Source: Eledone cirrhosa (taxonomy: Eukaryota). Taken from it: a stretch of DNA of 64,000 nucleotides. The position numbers and the translations under genes were made by a program. Shown piece by piece: positions 1-13,760 of the stretch (position 1 is its first letter; every line of letters begins with the position of its first letter). The notes under the pieces were generated by a model. The model was not told the DNA's origin, did not search any database, and worked only from the letters and a program-made list of their open reading frames with translations. The stretch spans positions 301,072,001 through 301,136,000 of the forward strand of contig OZ024743.1 in NCBI GenBank assembly GCA_964016885.1, written 5' to 3'.

Positions 1-115
1 ACCATAAATAGCATCACATCTTAAATAGATCAACGGTCAAATTGTCCTACTCCACTACCAAAAATGTACAGCAAAATATAAGTGCCTACTATGCATATAA
101 AAGTTTTAAAAAAAC

Positions 116-682
116 ATGAATATACCACCAACACATCAAACTAACCATAATACTAAAATTAACCGCAACAAACCACCATCTGCTTCACATATAACAAGAC
201 GAATAAATTCCACACCAAATTTGACTAACTCCCCTGATATAATATTCACGAATAGTTGTAACTGTAGAAAGAAACCAAATTGCCCATTAAAAGGAAATTG
301 TCTTATTAATAACATATTATATAAATGTAAACATAGCACTAAGGACTCAACTTATTCATATATAGGAGCTACTTCTAACCAATTTAAAGTAAGATTTAAT
401 ACCCACAAACATAGTTTTAAAAATGCCGCATTAGCTAATACAACATCCTTGGCTGAAATAATTAATAATTATAGAAAAAAGAATATCGATTATAACCTGA
501 CCTGCAGTGTGCTCAAAAGGGCCACCCCTTATCAAAATAAGAGATATGAGTGTAGATTATATTCCCAGGAACTTTTTGAAATAATGAAATCTAAGGATAT
601 CCTATTAAATAAGCCACAAGAATTAATTATATCGTGCAGTCATAGAATTAGAAGAACTTTCAAATATTATAAACCTAATTAA
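116..682 (+). pseudogene. PLE Cys-linker plus GIY-YIG endonuclease fragment
   Basis: Motifs CxC-CPL-C, YxC, YIGxT, R-H typical of PLE endonucleases. Confidence 0.8.
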
Positions 683-1406
683 TATACACCTTACACTTAT
701 ATTTTACAAATTATTATAATTAGTATTTTTAATTTTTAATTTAGTTAACCTATAATTAGTATTTTATTACTGAGAACTTCATAATTATTTCCGTTTTACA
801 GCTCTCTTTTCCTAAAATTAATACCTATAAATATACATATAAACTATTTTAATTTCCTGTTATGAATCTAAATTCCTTGTAGTCTATATAAGTTTGTTAT
901 TTCTCACTAATACATTTCCCCCAACATTATTTTTCCTTCGTTTTTAACAACATTCTTTAATAACATGTAACTCTTATTTATTACATCTATATGAATTAAT
1001 ATAAATGTATCCCTATAATTATACCTATCAATTAAATTAATTTAATTTCTTGTTATAGATCTAAATTCCTTGTGTTTTAAATAAGATTGGTAGTTCTCAC
1101 TAACACATTTACCCTACAATTTATTCTCCTTCGATTTTAACATTAGCATTATTCTTTAATAACATCAAATTTTCGTGTACTTTTCACCGGCTTGACCTCT
1201 TTTCATCCCCAAAGTAATCTTTTCATTCAAAGTATTCTTTCCACTCAAAACTGAAATCTGCATTCCTCTACCCCTAAATTAAATTTCTACTACTACTATT
1301 CTATCAACTTGACCACTTATAACTTTTCTATTGGTCAATTCAAAACCTGTTCCCAAACAGATCTATTATATTAAATCTTTGTTGCTTTATTTTCAATAAA
1401 CAAATA

Positions 1407-1533
1407 TCATTATTTCTGAAGACAGCATATATATGTGTAGGTATGTACATTCCCTCTGATAGTTTGTAAATTTTTTACATAGATATACATGCCAACACAC
1501 ACATATATATCCTAGAAACGATCGTAACGATGA
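1407..1533 (+). ncRNA. Hammerhead motif with long stem II in PLE 3' repeat
   Basis: CTGAAGA(1416-22)...ATATATATGTGT/ACACATATATAT...GAAAC GATC GTA; stem I imperfect. Confidence 0.6.
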
Positions 1534-1585
1534 ATTTGTTTATTATAAGGAACTGTTTCTTTGTTTTTATTCATTATTTTTATTA

Positions 1586-1632
<47 letters not shown>

Positions 1633-3058
1633 TATACACACACACGCACATACACATACAAACACACACACTCACACACACAAACACACACATATATATA
1701 TATATATATTTGTTTGTTTTTGTAGAGTGGTGAGTGTGTGTTTTAGTTTGTATGTCACAGGTCTTTTTGTGGTGGGAAATAAAAAAAACAGTAAAGTATG
1801 AGTGATGGCTATCATACAGAGTATTTTCCAAAAAATACTGATTGAATGCCATCACTGATAAGTTGCTCTGTCTTTTTAATTTGGTAATCAAACAAACTTA
1901 AATGGTATCTAAATAAATACATAAGCATATATGCATATATAGTTGAAAATGAAGAAGCAAAATTCAGGAGGAATTTTATACAATCATATTAGGTTCACGC
2001 TTGCTGGAAGTGGAGGGGGTTTCGACATTTCGGATAGAAGTTCTTTAACAGGGAATTTCGGATGGGGGAAAACAGAAACTCTGAGGGGTATAAAGGAAGG
2101 TTAAGGAAGGAAATAAAAAAAATAAAGAAATAAAAATATAAATTATAAAAAGTAGAAATAAAAATGACTAGCTGGCCCGTCCGGTGGTGGCCGGCTGGCG
2201 GCCGGCGGGGTATATCGGCATTTTAGCTCTTCAGGACGCCCCCTCCACCCCATTGCAAAGATACCGCATGCCCTCCCTAGACCCATTGTCGTTCTGAGTA
2301 CGTATCAAGGGGAGGGGGCTATTGTGGTGACTCATTTCTCACGCGGGAAAAATACCACCACCACCACTGGAATGCTCAAGGACCATAATCACTCGATTCC
2401 GTGCTAAAAGTTACAACTGTAGTGTTGTACCATTAGATTTGCCACAATCTTGCTATTGTCGCACCGGTTGTGAGGGCTTTCTAAAATATCTGATGCAGGC
2501 CTACCGCCAGGCGCTATCCGGCTGTGCTGCTCATTTAATGTACTGACAATTAACGTAGCAAGGTTAATAGTGGTGATTTCGGCTGAATGCGTCAATACGC
2601 TGCTAGATTGTCTTCATGCTCCTCTTTGTTACCAGCATTACCATCACTGACCTATATTTCCCCCTCCAGTAAATATGCCCATCTCTTCTTTTCACGTATG
2701 TCTGGATGAAATGCTAGTGGCAAGTGTGTGGTTTTCAATACGAGGTAAGTTCCTGCACTATCTTCCGACAACGGAGCTAAGTGGGGGAAAGCTATTGTGG
2801 TGACTCAATCATAGTGTGTTTATAATTGTAGTTCACTGCGGCGAGAAGATTCCACCTCACGCACGTGTCGCCAACCCGAAAGGTAACGCCAGCTTGCCTG
2901 ACCCCCTGGACGCGCGTCTAACTCCTCCCTTGGCCATTTGAACCCAATTATCTTTGATATTCGCCTGGCCGCCCTCTGTAACCCTCTGTCACAAGAACAC
3001 ACACACATATATACACACGAACAGACAACGCACACGCACACACATGCATCACACACAT

Positions 3059-3146
<88 letters not shown>

Positions 3147-3299
3147 CCATCAATTGCGCACGAGTGGTGGGGGTTAACGTGCTCTGATGCTGGGTTTGAA
3201 TAGTTTTTAGGATTCCCCGGTTCAGCAGCCAGTAAGTTAAAGAAAATTAATAGTTACAACAATAAAGGCTGAACAGAGAACACATTTTAAAACTAATTT

Positions 3300-4925
3300 T
3301 ACAATAATTTGTACAACGGTAATGGAAATTGCAAGTAGCAGAAAATACATAAATTAAATTGTTAGAACCTCAGAGAACACAATGTTTTTTGTTCGGTCCT
3401 CGGAAACAAAGACGAAGAGATTGTTTCCTGAGCTCACCCTAGAGTATCCTACATTCAATTGACCATGGGAGAAGTATGGTTTTTCCCAGATGGAGGCCAT
3501 CCACTGTTAAGGTTTGACCCAGAGCTTTGTTGATGTTAATCGCGAAGCTTAGACTTAATGGAAACTGAAATCGCTTAAAATCAAAGAGAAAGTCAGCTGG
3601 CAGCAACGGGATGCGAATAATAAATACACCTTCTTCCCTACCAACTTCAGTCATGATTGTGGCTTCAATGACATGACGCAGCATCTGCTTGACTGCAAGT
3701 CTATACCATTCCAGAGCATTAACATTTTCTTCTGTTGGAAAATTGGATCTTGTGGCCAGGCCGGGACTTTTTGGGTGGTATATCAGTAACAATGAGGATA
3801 AGCGGCCTGTACTCTCGTACAGTCGAACTAAATGTAAACAAATCGCTGCGTTGTTAACAACATAAATACAATGTTTGTTTATATTTTGTTTTTCTATTTC
3901 TGTGTTCCGATGTATTCTGCGTTTTTGTATACAAAAATATACCTACACGAATATATATATATATATATATATATATGATTAATTAAAAGTTGGTTAGAAC
4001 CGAAGTCAATGCAGACATGCATCAGACAGGAAGATTTTATAAGGGCAGTGAGATATTATAAGGTGTTATAGCTATGTATCTGTCTAAAAAGACAGAATAA
4101 GAAAGAGAGGAATGTCGTATTATATATATTATATATAATAAAGTACCAGTAATGTACTAGTATAATTGCTGGCCTTGTGCCAAAAGTAGAAATAATTATA
4201 CTTCTTTTTTATACAACTGTAAATAACATGTATATATACGTATAAATACGTATAAAAGAATGCTGCAATAAAATGTAAAAATTAAACTGCCTCTTATTTA
4301 TGATACTAACACTATATATATATATATAAACACACTATATATATATACATATATACACCCACACACAGATAGCGAAATCAGTGTACAGAATGGTTTTCAT
4401 AATGCAGACAGCGAGACATACTGAGATATATTATAACGGCGCGAATTGGCAGTATCGGTAGAGGGTTGTACGCCATGCTGTCTAGCATAGTTACGTCCCT
4501 TTACATTCTGAGGTCAAATCTCTCCGAGGTTAACTTTGCCTTTCATCCTTACGAGGCCGATAAAATAAAGTACCAGTAATGTACTGGGTAATTGCTGGCC
4601 TTGTGCCTAAAGTAGAATCAATTCTAAGGGCGCGACTTTATAGCTATGTATCTATCTAAAAATACAGACTAAGAAAGAGAAAGGAATGTAGTATAAAGGA
4701 TCGCTAACAGGAAGTGTTGACATTTGAACATTTTTAAGAAGTGAATATTTAAATAAACAATAACATATCTTTAATCTTTTAACGAAATTTTGTAGATAAA
4801 AATAGCATTACTTTCTTCCTTGGAAAAAGTTACATCTATGGTGCAAATGTGGTGCCGTTTGGTCCAGCCGTTTGGCGAAACGTTTCTTACATACATACGG
4901 CGGCCAGCTTTATTAATATAGATAG
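3300..4925 (-). mobile_element. Helitron remnant with PIF1-like helicase C-terminal fragment
   Basis: ORF 3439-3792(-) has RIPLLPADFLFDFKRFQFPLSLSFAININKALGQTL, a Helitron/PIF1 motif. Candidate 5' end CTATCTATATTAATAAAGCTGG near 4925. Boundaries uncertain. Confidence 0.7.
4438..4621 (+). mobile_element. tRNA-derived SINE with Meta-like central domain
   Basis: A-box-like TGGCAGTATCGG, B-box-like GGTCAAATCTC, core GCCTTTCATCCTTACGAGGCCGATAAAATAAAGTACCAG. Homologous to 36972-37155. Confidence 0.75.
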
Positions 4926-4986
4926 GGGTATAGGTCCAGTCTGCAGCGCCAGAGTCGATATTATGAGATGGATTCGTTCTGGTTGT

Positions 4987-5032
<46 letters not shown>

Positions 5033-5614
5033 TGTGTGTGTGTGTCGAAGGGGAGAATGCGGGGCTTCAAATAGTTCTCACGGTATATGAAGAGATGGGT
5101 ATTGGTTTAGTGTGTGTACATGTACATCTAAATGTTTGTATATATGTAAATGTAAGTATGTGTGCCTGTCTATGTGAACATTACTATATATGTTTTTTTT
5201 CTGTTGTTTGTGTGTGTATTGGAGAATATGAGTGTATATTATGTTAAGTATTGGTTAGTTGTGATGGGTGAAAATAAGCCCGCGTGTAAAGTTTGAGCGT
5301 GTGTGTGAGAGTATATATGCAGTTATCAATGTTTGTTAGTATATCGGTGTGTGTATGTGTTTTGTCACGTGTGTATGTGATGTATGTGAGTGTGTGTTTC
5401 TGTACATGTGTGTTTATGCGTTAAGTTGGTCCGAAGATCGAATGTGGAACGATGTCAAGGCGGAAGTGACGTTGTGACGCACGCAGTACGGAAGTAGTGT
5501 AGGGGTTTGTGATTGCGGTGGTGGTATGTGTGTAAGGGGATGAGTAGTAGAGTCGGGTGTTGGGAAGCAGGTGGTAGTAAACTAATGTGGTATATATGTA
5601 TACACACACATGCG

Positions 5615-5648
<34 letters not shown>

Positions 5649-7239
5649 GTATATTACTAATGTTCTCGCATTTGAATGATTATTAACAAGACTTAACGAA
5701 GAGGTTAAATGCACAACGTATATTTAATGAGATTGTTAGCGTACAGTGAATAGAATGAAAACATGTGTTACATTTGCTTTAAGTAATATGGTAGAATAAT
5801 GTTAATTGGCGCATCTCCATGTTGCATTTCATTTTCAGTTATTATGAAATTTAATCGATAGTACTTGTTAAAGAATTGTTGCTTAAATGCAAACGTCACA
5901 TGCAAGATAAATTATTCCTTTGGAATATGGTACAAAATGATACACATTTCAAAACGCCAGCATATTTTATCTCCGAAACTGTGCTCTCTTTGTTTTATCT
6001 CATGTTAGAAAAGGACACATAATCACCCACGGTGTAATAAAATATATAATTAGACAACTGATTTTCAATACTGTATTTTTCATTATACAGAAGTGCTTCA
6101 TTAAAGAAATATATTAATGCACGAAGGACATTTAGTGATTTGCATGTCTATGCATATACACCTATATGTTTAGATGAATATGCTGGCTAACTTAACAATG
6201 CGTGTAAATGAAATATGATGTCCAATCTCATTCGCTATTCTTCTTAAAAATAAGGAAAGCTATATTTTGCATTACATTCACTTCACGAAGAATAATATAA
6301 TGATACTTCAATTTAAATGGAACAATTCAATTCATGAAAATAAAAAAAACTAAAAAAAAAACTATCAATTAAATCGCGAATAATTCTAATCGGAGAAAAG
6401 ATTTTGGGAAATAATAGGCTCCTCACATTTTTTGTTGTTGTTGTTTTCACCTCGAAAGAACATGGCCCCAATATTATCTCTTAAATGATTACGTTTCTCA
6501 TGCGCACTTGGCTGTGATTGATAGAAAATATATCGATTTTGAGATATTTAAACAATTTCAATAATTAATTGTACTTTATGTTGTAACGTTTTATCGCAGT
6601 AGGTGGAATTTATACACGGCAAATGCTGTAATTACATTTCTTCTATACAAGAATAATGAAGTAAGGTGAAAATGTATAACAATTCTCATTTGCATATATA
6701 ATTTCGTGGTGTGCTAGTTTTTCTTTCTTCTCGTCTGGTAAAATGACATTTATAAGAAGGGTACAAATAATTCACGTTAATAGTTTGAAATACATTTGCT
6801 TCACAATGGTGAGTTTAACAAAACTAGAATAATTATCGCGAGTGTACTTGAAATAGCGTTTGGATAGTATTTTCAACAGCAAGAGGTTAGTGGCTGTCCA
6901 ATTAATATTTGCGTATATTTTAAAAGTGAAGAGAAAGTAGTAACGAATGTAGATACGATTTCTTTATAAATTGCGCAGCAGTAAAAAGAGTAGTTTCGCA
7001 TAAAAGGAGTAAGGTGTTTCCATTGAAACTAAAGTAATAATTGTATTTGTATGTGCATTGGCATGTATGTTTTTAGCTTGATTAAAACATTTGAAGACCA
7101 GATTGGTGCTGGAGTCGTGTCTAGAACACAAATTTAGAATTCGAGCCAATCATCTGTCAAGATTTGTAACTAGCTGATAATCAATAAAAAAAACATGAAA
7201 ATGCGTCATGTTAAAATTAATATATGAAAAACACGCACG

Positions 7240-7380
<141 letters not shown>

Positions 7381-7389
7381 CAATAAGTT

Positions 7390-8525
7390 ATACAATTATC
7401 AAAGTTGTGTTCAAATAGCAGACAATCGTTTCTTACAAACTCTCGTTTGGGATCATCGGAGTACTATCAATGTTTGCACATATAATTAACCTCCTATTCA
7501 ACTTAACAATAATATAGATACATATAAATTGATGTTGTTAGCAACAGTTTCGTATTTACAGGGTGTAATGAATGTGACATATATTTCCAGAGAATTGTAC
7601 AATACTTGTACAAACATTTAAGTTCAAATTCAAATCAAAATCGAAAGCACGGAGTGGAATACATGAAACAGTTAAAACAAGGGAACAGTCCAAATATTAA
7701 AGATGAATTGGGGAAGCAGTTTTGAGAAAGGAATATATAACAATTCATATGCAGGCGTGTGGATATTGTGACTGAGTAATTAACGATTGAAAATTTAACG
7801 GTGAATCAAATATAGTCTATGGATATGAATTCATTAAGACTAATTTACAATCCATTGCTCTAACTAACTTAAAAAACTCAATAAAAACACCAACTAAAGT
7901 TTATTTCAACATATGTCATCGAAAAGTCTGCAAAAACTGTATATTTCTCAACACACATTAATTCGAACACCATCAACATCCAACAACCACCATAGACTCT
8001 AATACATTAACATATTTGCTTTAACTGCAGTATTTGTTCATCTACTTATTCATCTATATGTGCATGATAGCTTCGCTTGTCTCCCTCTCATGTATATGAC
8101 ATACTCAGTCACAATACCACACGTCTTCATATGAATTGTTATCGCACTCTTCCTTTCTCAAAACCGCTTCTCCAAAGCCTCTTTTATACTTGGACTGTTC
8201 CCTTGTTTTAACTGTTGCATGTATTCCACTCCGTGCTTTTAATTTTGAATTTGATTTTGATTTAATTTTGATTTGAATTTGAACTTGAATGTGTGTACAA
8301 TTATTGTATAATTCTCGTGAAATATATGTCACATCCATTACACTCTGTAAATACGAAACTGTTGCTCACAAAATCAATTTATATGTATCTATATTATTGT
8401 TCAGTTGAATAGGAGGTTAATTATATGTGCAAACATTGATAACGCTCCGATGACCCCAAACGAGAATTTGTAAGAAACGATTGTCAGTTATTAAATCATT
8501 TGAACACAACTTTGATAATTGTATG
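7390..8525. repeat. Inverted repeat, ~385-420-bp arms (7390-7775 / 8104-8525) with ~330-bp spacer
   Basis: For example CAATTATCAAAGTTGTGTTCAAAT vs ATTTGAACACAACTTTGATAATTG, and AAAGCACGGAGTGGAATACATG vs CATGTATTCCACTCCGTGCTTT. Confidence 0.85.
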
Positions 8526-8889
8526 ATAATTGTACAACTGATATTCATACATTGAGCTATTTCCCTTACTGGTAATAAGGGTATTATTAAGAAATTACTA
8601 ACCTTCCTGTTTGTGGTTGTTTATACTATATACATAACTACAAATCGTATTATTATTATTATATATTTATATACATATTTAAAGTATGAGATTAAGTGAA
8701 ACAGTAGGCAGAATGAGGGAGATGTTTAGCATTGAAAATTTCAGTGTGCTCTATCTTTTATTACTTTAATCAACGAATGGTCTTGTAATCAGGTATACAT
8801 CTGGAGATAGGTAAGTAATTCTGGAGTCACGTACCACGTATCTAACGGAATAGTTTAAGTTTATCAAATATAACGATTCTCTAGGGCTG

Positions 8890-8941
<52 letters not shown>

Positions 8942-8961
8942 TTTTGCACTATATATATATA

Positions 8962-11900
8962 TAGTAATAATAATAAATTTGAAGACTAAAATCCAAAGAG
9001 GGGTGATAAGGATAAATATATATCGAATATATATGAACCGTAGATCAAATATTTATTAAAATAACAGATTCGTCTTCCATTCTTCCTCCGGTTGCAACGT
9101 TTTTTGAAATATTCACGTTTGCGTTCACATATTGACTTTGTTAGTTTCAGAAGATCCCGTTAAGGGTGAAAGCAGCGACTCTTTGCTTAAACTTTAATCT
9201 ATTATTTTAAGAAATATTTGCTCTACGGTTCTTATATATTCGATATATATTTATCCTTATCAGCCCTCTTTGGATTTTAGTCTTTAAATTTATTATTATT
9301 ACTATTTGGCTCCCTCGGTTGAGCACTCTATTGACTTATATTCATCATGCAGAAACAACATCTGAATATTTCTAAAAAGAACATACCTGTACCAAGCAGG
9401 AAAACATACCTAAAACTCCTGTTACAGAAATCAAACGCGTTCATTAAAATGTTGCGTTGGCGTGCCTTTTATTTCGATAATCAGGGAGAAGCAGACAACA
9501 AACAGGATGAATTCGGATTTAAAACCTATAATAACCCTCCGAGTAACCCAGCTTTGCTACCCTTCGAAAATGATGTCTTGGAACTCATAGGAAGTATCAA
9601 ATTTCGGAATAGGACCAATTCCTTCTAGCTGGATCGGAAGAACAGAATTCGGTCTATTAAGGATTCTAATGCCGTGCACGTCCATTCCGACAAAACTGGC
9701 AATCTATATCAAGTGGAGCGCAGTACTTACCATCAACTACTACATGATGCTGTAACTAAGGATTACCGTAAAACTAATCGGAGCGTCATTAATGAAATCA
9801 ACCATGCTCGTTTTAAAATCACCTCTGATCTCAACATCCTGGACCGGACTGAACCTCTGGACCCCTTTTCTCCTTATATACCCTGAAGGATCACAAATCC
9901 AATTTTCCGAACAACTCTTCTATTCGGCTTATTAATTCTACGAAGTCCGAATTAGGTAGACTTACTAAAAGGATTCTTGTTAGAATTATACCTGAAATTA
10001 GAAGTTTGGCCCCTCTTGAACTGTGGAACAATTCTTTCGCGGTGATTGATTGGTTCAACGGCATATGCAACAAGGAACATTGCCGTTTTATGCAACAGTG
10101 GTTAAGGATTTCGAAGTTGATGTCATCCTCAATGCCCGTAAGTCGGTGATTAATTTCGACGACTCTATTTGGATTAAAAAATCCAATAGTACCCCATTGG
10201 ACGTGAGTATGGGCGCCAGAGATTCTGCGGAGGTTACTGATCTTATCAGCCTTTTCCTTCTTTTCTCTATCAAGGAAACAATCCCCAACGTGGGCGGTGG
10301 TTTGTATCGTGATGATGATCTTTTGACCATGACTATGTGCGGCCCACGTGCTTACGACAGGTTCAGAAAAGAACTCACAGCCTTCTTTAAATGCGTCAAT
10401 CTCTCCATACAGGTTGAGGCCAATCTCTCTGTCGTTAATTACCTCGACGTTACCCTCAATTTATCGAATGGCTTTTATTATCCGTATAGAAAGCCGAATG
10501 ATACGTTTAATTACATAAGTAAGTTTTCTAACCATCCTGCCAGCATAACCAAGAACCTGGTAAGAAATGTTTCTTTGAGGCTTTCCTGTCTATCTACTAA
10601 CGAGCATATTTTCAACGACCATCCCACATATTACACTGAAGCTCTTGCTCGGAGTGGATTTGTCGATAAGGTAGCATATACAGAGTACGAGAATAGACCT
10701 AGAAGAAATAGATCCCGACGCATTATATGGTATAACCCATCATATAATATGGCGGTGGCCACACCATTAGCTAAGATATTTTTCTCTCCCTTATTATGGT
10801 GCAGTTTCCTCCTACACATACATATAGTAAAATGTTTAATAGAAATACTATTAAAATGTCTTACTCTACGACTCCTAACCTTGCACATAACATCACAGCT
10901 TCAAATTTAGCTAAACTACTTAGCCGTAGGAACACGTGCAACCCTGTTGTTAGTACTAATTGTAATTGGGGGAATCGGGTTGACTGCCCCCTATCCGGGA
11001 AATACCTCTCTAGTAACATTGTTTACAAAACTAAGGTTGAAACACCCACGTCCCGTAGGGCCTACATAGGGTAAGCCGCCAATAGATTCAAGCCGCGTCT
11101 TTACATGCATACTCTCTAAGAAGGAATATGACGTCACTTTCAGCTTATATCTGGAGTCTAAAAGACAACCAAACCCAATATAAGTTACACTGGGAGATCC
11201 TTGCTAGGGCTAGATCGTATAACGGAAATAAAAGACCATGTGACCTCTACGCCGATGAGGCTCTGGAAATAGTCTACGCCAAAGACCACATCTTAAACAA
11301 AAAATCTGAGGCATTTCGGCTTGTAAACATTAATTGCACAGATCTTTCCTGTATTACAGCACCACTTTATACCCTAACGAATAGTACGAACTATACGCGG
11401 ATATTTTACGTCTTGATGTGGTAGCTAAGTATATGTTATGTTTATACCATTACTTATTAGGTATAGGTAAGTATTATTACCTGTATGTTTTATGCAGGTA
11501 CGTATACTTCCTCGTACGTATATTTGATTTTATGTGTTATGGCGTATATATTATATATTCTTGTACATATGTTTTGGTTATGTGCATACGTGAGTTTTGC
11601 GTCTGTGTGAATATGCGCGTTCGTACGTATGTAGGGTGTGTGTATATGTGTACTTCGTGTTTTGGTTAACGAAGTCTCCGAATATATGTGTATTTACATG
11701 TAGGTATGTGTGTGCGCTTGTTATATACGTATTTATTTATTTATATACATTTATTTAATTATATGTATACACGTACACACACACATATATATGTATTAAT
11801 ATATATATTTTTATATATGTTAATGTGTGTATTTGGTGTATACATTCGTATGCGTGCGGGTACAGGCGTTGAGTGGATTCTGTATGTGCGTGTCGGAGTA

Positions 11901-12470
11901 TTTTTTTTTTTTTTCGTGTACGTGCGTGTATTTGTACACCTATGGCGAATTTTTTCGCGTATGCTTGTGTATGTACGTATATGGATGCGTGTATGTATTT
12001 ATTTCAATTACGTCTGGATTTTATTTACTTTATTCTTAACTCTGAAGCCGAGAATCATTCGGTTTCCTAGTTTTAGTCTACGACTTCAGTTATACCATTT
12101 AGTGGTTTTGTCTTTGTGTGCAATTGTTCTCTCCGCTTCACATATGGCGTATTATCTTCGATTTTTCCGTTCATTGCCTGAGAACGACTCTATGAACCAC
12201 CTAATATAATATTTGTCTACGAATTCTTTTATACCATAAACGTGGTTTTGTCTTTGCGTGTATGAGGTGTTATATTCGTTTTTTCCCGTTCTTTGCCAGG
12301 GAACGTTTCCACGAACCAAAGTATCGTATTCCTGTCCTCCTCCGGTTGCAACGTTTTTTGAAATATTCACTTCTGCGTTCACAGATTGACTTTGTTAGTT
12401 TCAGAAGATCCCGTTAAGGGTGAAAACAGCGATTATTTGCTTAAACTTTAATCTGTTATTTTAATAAATA
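8962..12470 (+). mobile_element. Near full-length decayed Penelope-like element with inverted 5' segment and direct terminal repeats
   Basis: LRWRAFYF, DKTGNLY, MGARDSAE, GGLYRDD, VNYLDVTLNL, YRKPN, SNHP, IIWYNP, C-CPL, YIG motifs over frameshifted ORFs 9347-11424. 9083-9215 is repeated directly at 12338-12470. 8962-9070 is inverted to 9195-9305. (TA)n on both sides. Confidence 0.92.
9143..9193 (+). ncRNA. Hammerhead-like motif with CAGAAGA (U4A) core; also 12397-12447 and ~31050-31150
   Basis: AGTTT-CAGAAGA-TCCC gttaa GGGT-GAAAGCA...TGCTT-AAACT. Confidence 0.55.
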
Positions 12471-12593
12471 TATATATATATATTATTAGAAATGTTAGCT
12501 ATCGCCGTATTTTGTCTAAAGAAATTAAAGAAATTATTTAGCCTGATGGTGGGGTTAAGAACCCTCGGAGAAATGGAAAAAGATGAGTATTTA

Positions 12594-12662
12594 CGTACAT
12601 GGGAGTCGAACCCACATCTTTGGTTATCCGGACCACTGTGCTACCATTTACACCAACATATC
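12594..12662 (-). pseudogene. tRNA-like sequence (pseudo-tRNA or SINE head) inside a ~105-bp inverted repeat
   Basis: Minus strand TGGTGTAAATGGTAGCAC-A-GTGGTCCGGATAACCA-AAGAT-GTGGGTTCGACTCCCAT gives D arm, anticodon-like arm and T arm. Acceptor stem poor. Confidence 0.6.
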
Positions 12663-12828
12663 ACCCGTCAAACTCATATTTTTCCATTTCTGCGAGGGTT
12701 CTTAACCCCACTATCAGAGTAAATAATTTCTTTAATTTCTTTAGTCAAAATGCGGCGATAGCTAACATTTCTAAAAAATTCAAATCAACTCGCTATTTCG
12801 AAAATATTCTTACATATATATATATACG

Positions 12829-12863
<35 letters not shown>

Positions 12864-13093
12864 TGTTGCAGAAGTGCAGAAGTAAAGATGCTTGTTCTTG
12901 GATGTTACACTGTAACGTGAAGGTCTTGACCTTCGCATCAGTAGTTTATCCTCGCAACAATTTGGTGATAAGGAGTGCCGGAGAGAAATATATTAATTAA
13001 AAGTAGTACTTCAGCCACATTGATACGTATTTCTGTTACTATGACTCCATAAAATGATCCTAAAATCATGGGCAGCACAAATATATATTTATG

Positions 13094-13165
<72 letters not shown>

Positions 13166-13378
13166 CAGATTGATATATATATATAAAGATTGTGTTTGAT
13201 AGACAGAAACCCAAGTCGCATTTGCTTACCGGGTGGTGTGGAAATCGTTCAATCGAAACAGGGAGAAATTGATTCAGTTGATCCCATCCATTCGTTATGC
13301 AATCTGGTGGTACACACGCACACACACGCACCCACCCACCAAATCACACACACACACAGACACTTACCCCCCCCCCCC

Positions 13379-13429
<51 letters not shown>

Positions 13430-13479
13430 GGTAAACAACCCTTTCGGTTATTTATGACGATGGGATTTGAACCTAGAAA

Positions 13480-13760
13480 TTGTGAAATTCACCAAGTATA
13501 AAGATGAAGGGATATAAATAACTCGAATGTGGATAATGAAAGCAATACCTATAAAAACAGTTGCTCTGGGAATGAACAAAAAAAACACACTGACAATACC
13601 CCAGGACCTACAGATATATACAGCATGCAAAGGATGGGACTACTAGTCACTGCACACATATTACGAAAAGTAAGAAATCAATAGAAACAAGATCAGCAGA
13701 CACTACCCTACACATAGCGAAGGTACACAGTGCGGTGCTCCGTAAAGCAGGAATGTCTCT
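13480..13760 (+). mobile_element. C-terminal remnant of an R4/Dong-like (RLE) non-LTR retrotransposon
   Basis: Hand translation gives ITRMWIMKAIPIKTVALGM and PGPTDIYSMQRMGLLVTAHILRKV, resembling the IPI-GALG...QK-ALLGTAHILRK terminus. Confidence 0.55.

Larger units (their letters stand above)
1..1590 (+). mobile_element. 3' part of a Penelope-like element (Neptune-like): GIY-YIG endonuclease plus 3' UTR/terminal repeat
   Basis: ORF 116-682 has the Cys linker CNCRKKPNCPLKGNCL, then LYKC...YIGAT...FKVRFNTHKHSF. Hammerhead in the 3' region; ends at (TA)n. Confidence 0.85.

Noticed and set aside
2018-2062. Possible hammerhead on minus strand (CTGTTAA...GAAATGTC)
   Set aside because: Core and stems too degenerate.
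12594-12662. Functional tRNA gene
   Set aside because: Acceptor stem pairs poorly and the anticodon loop lacks U33.
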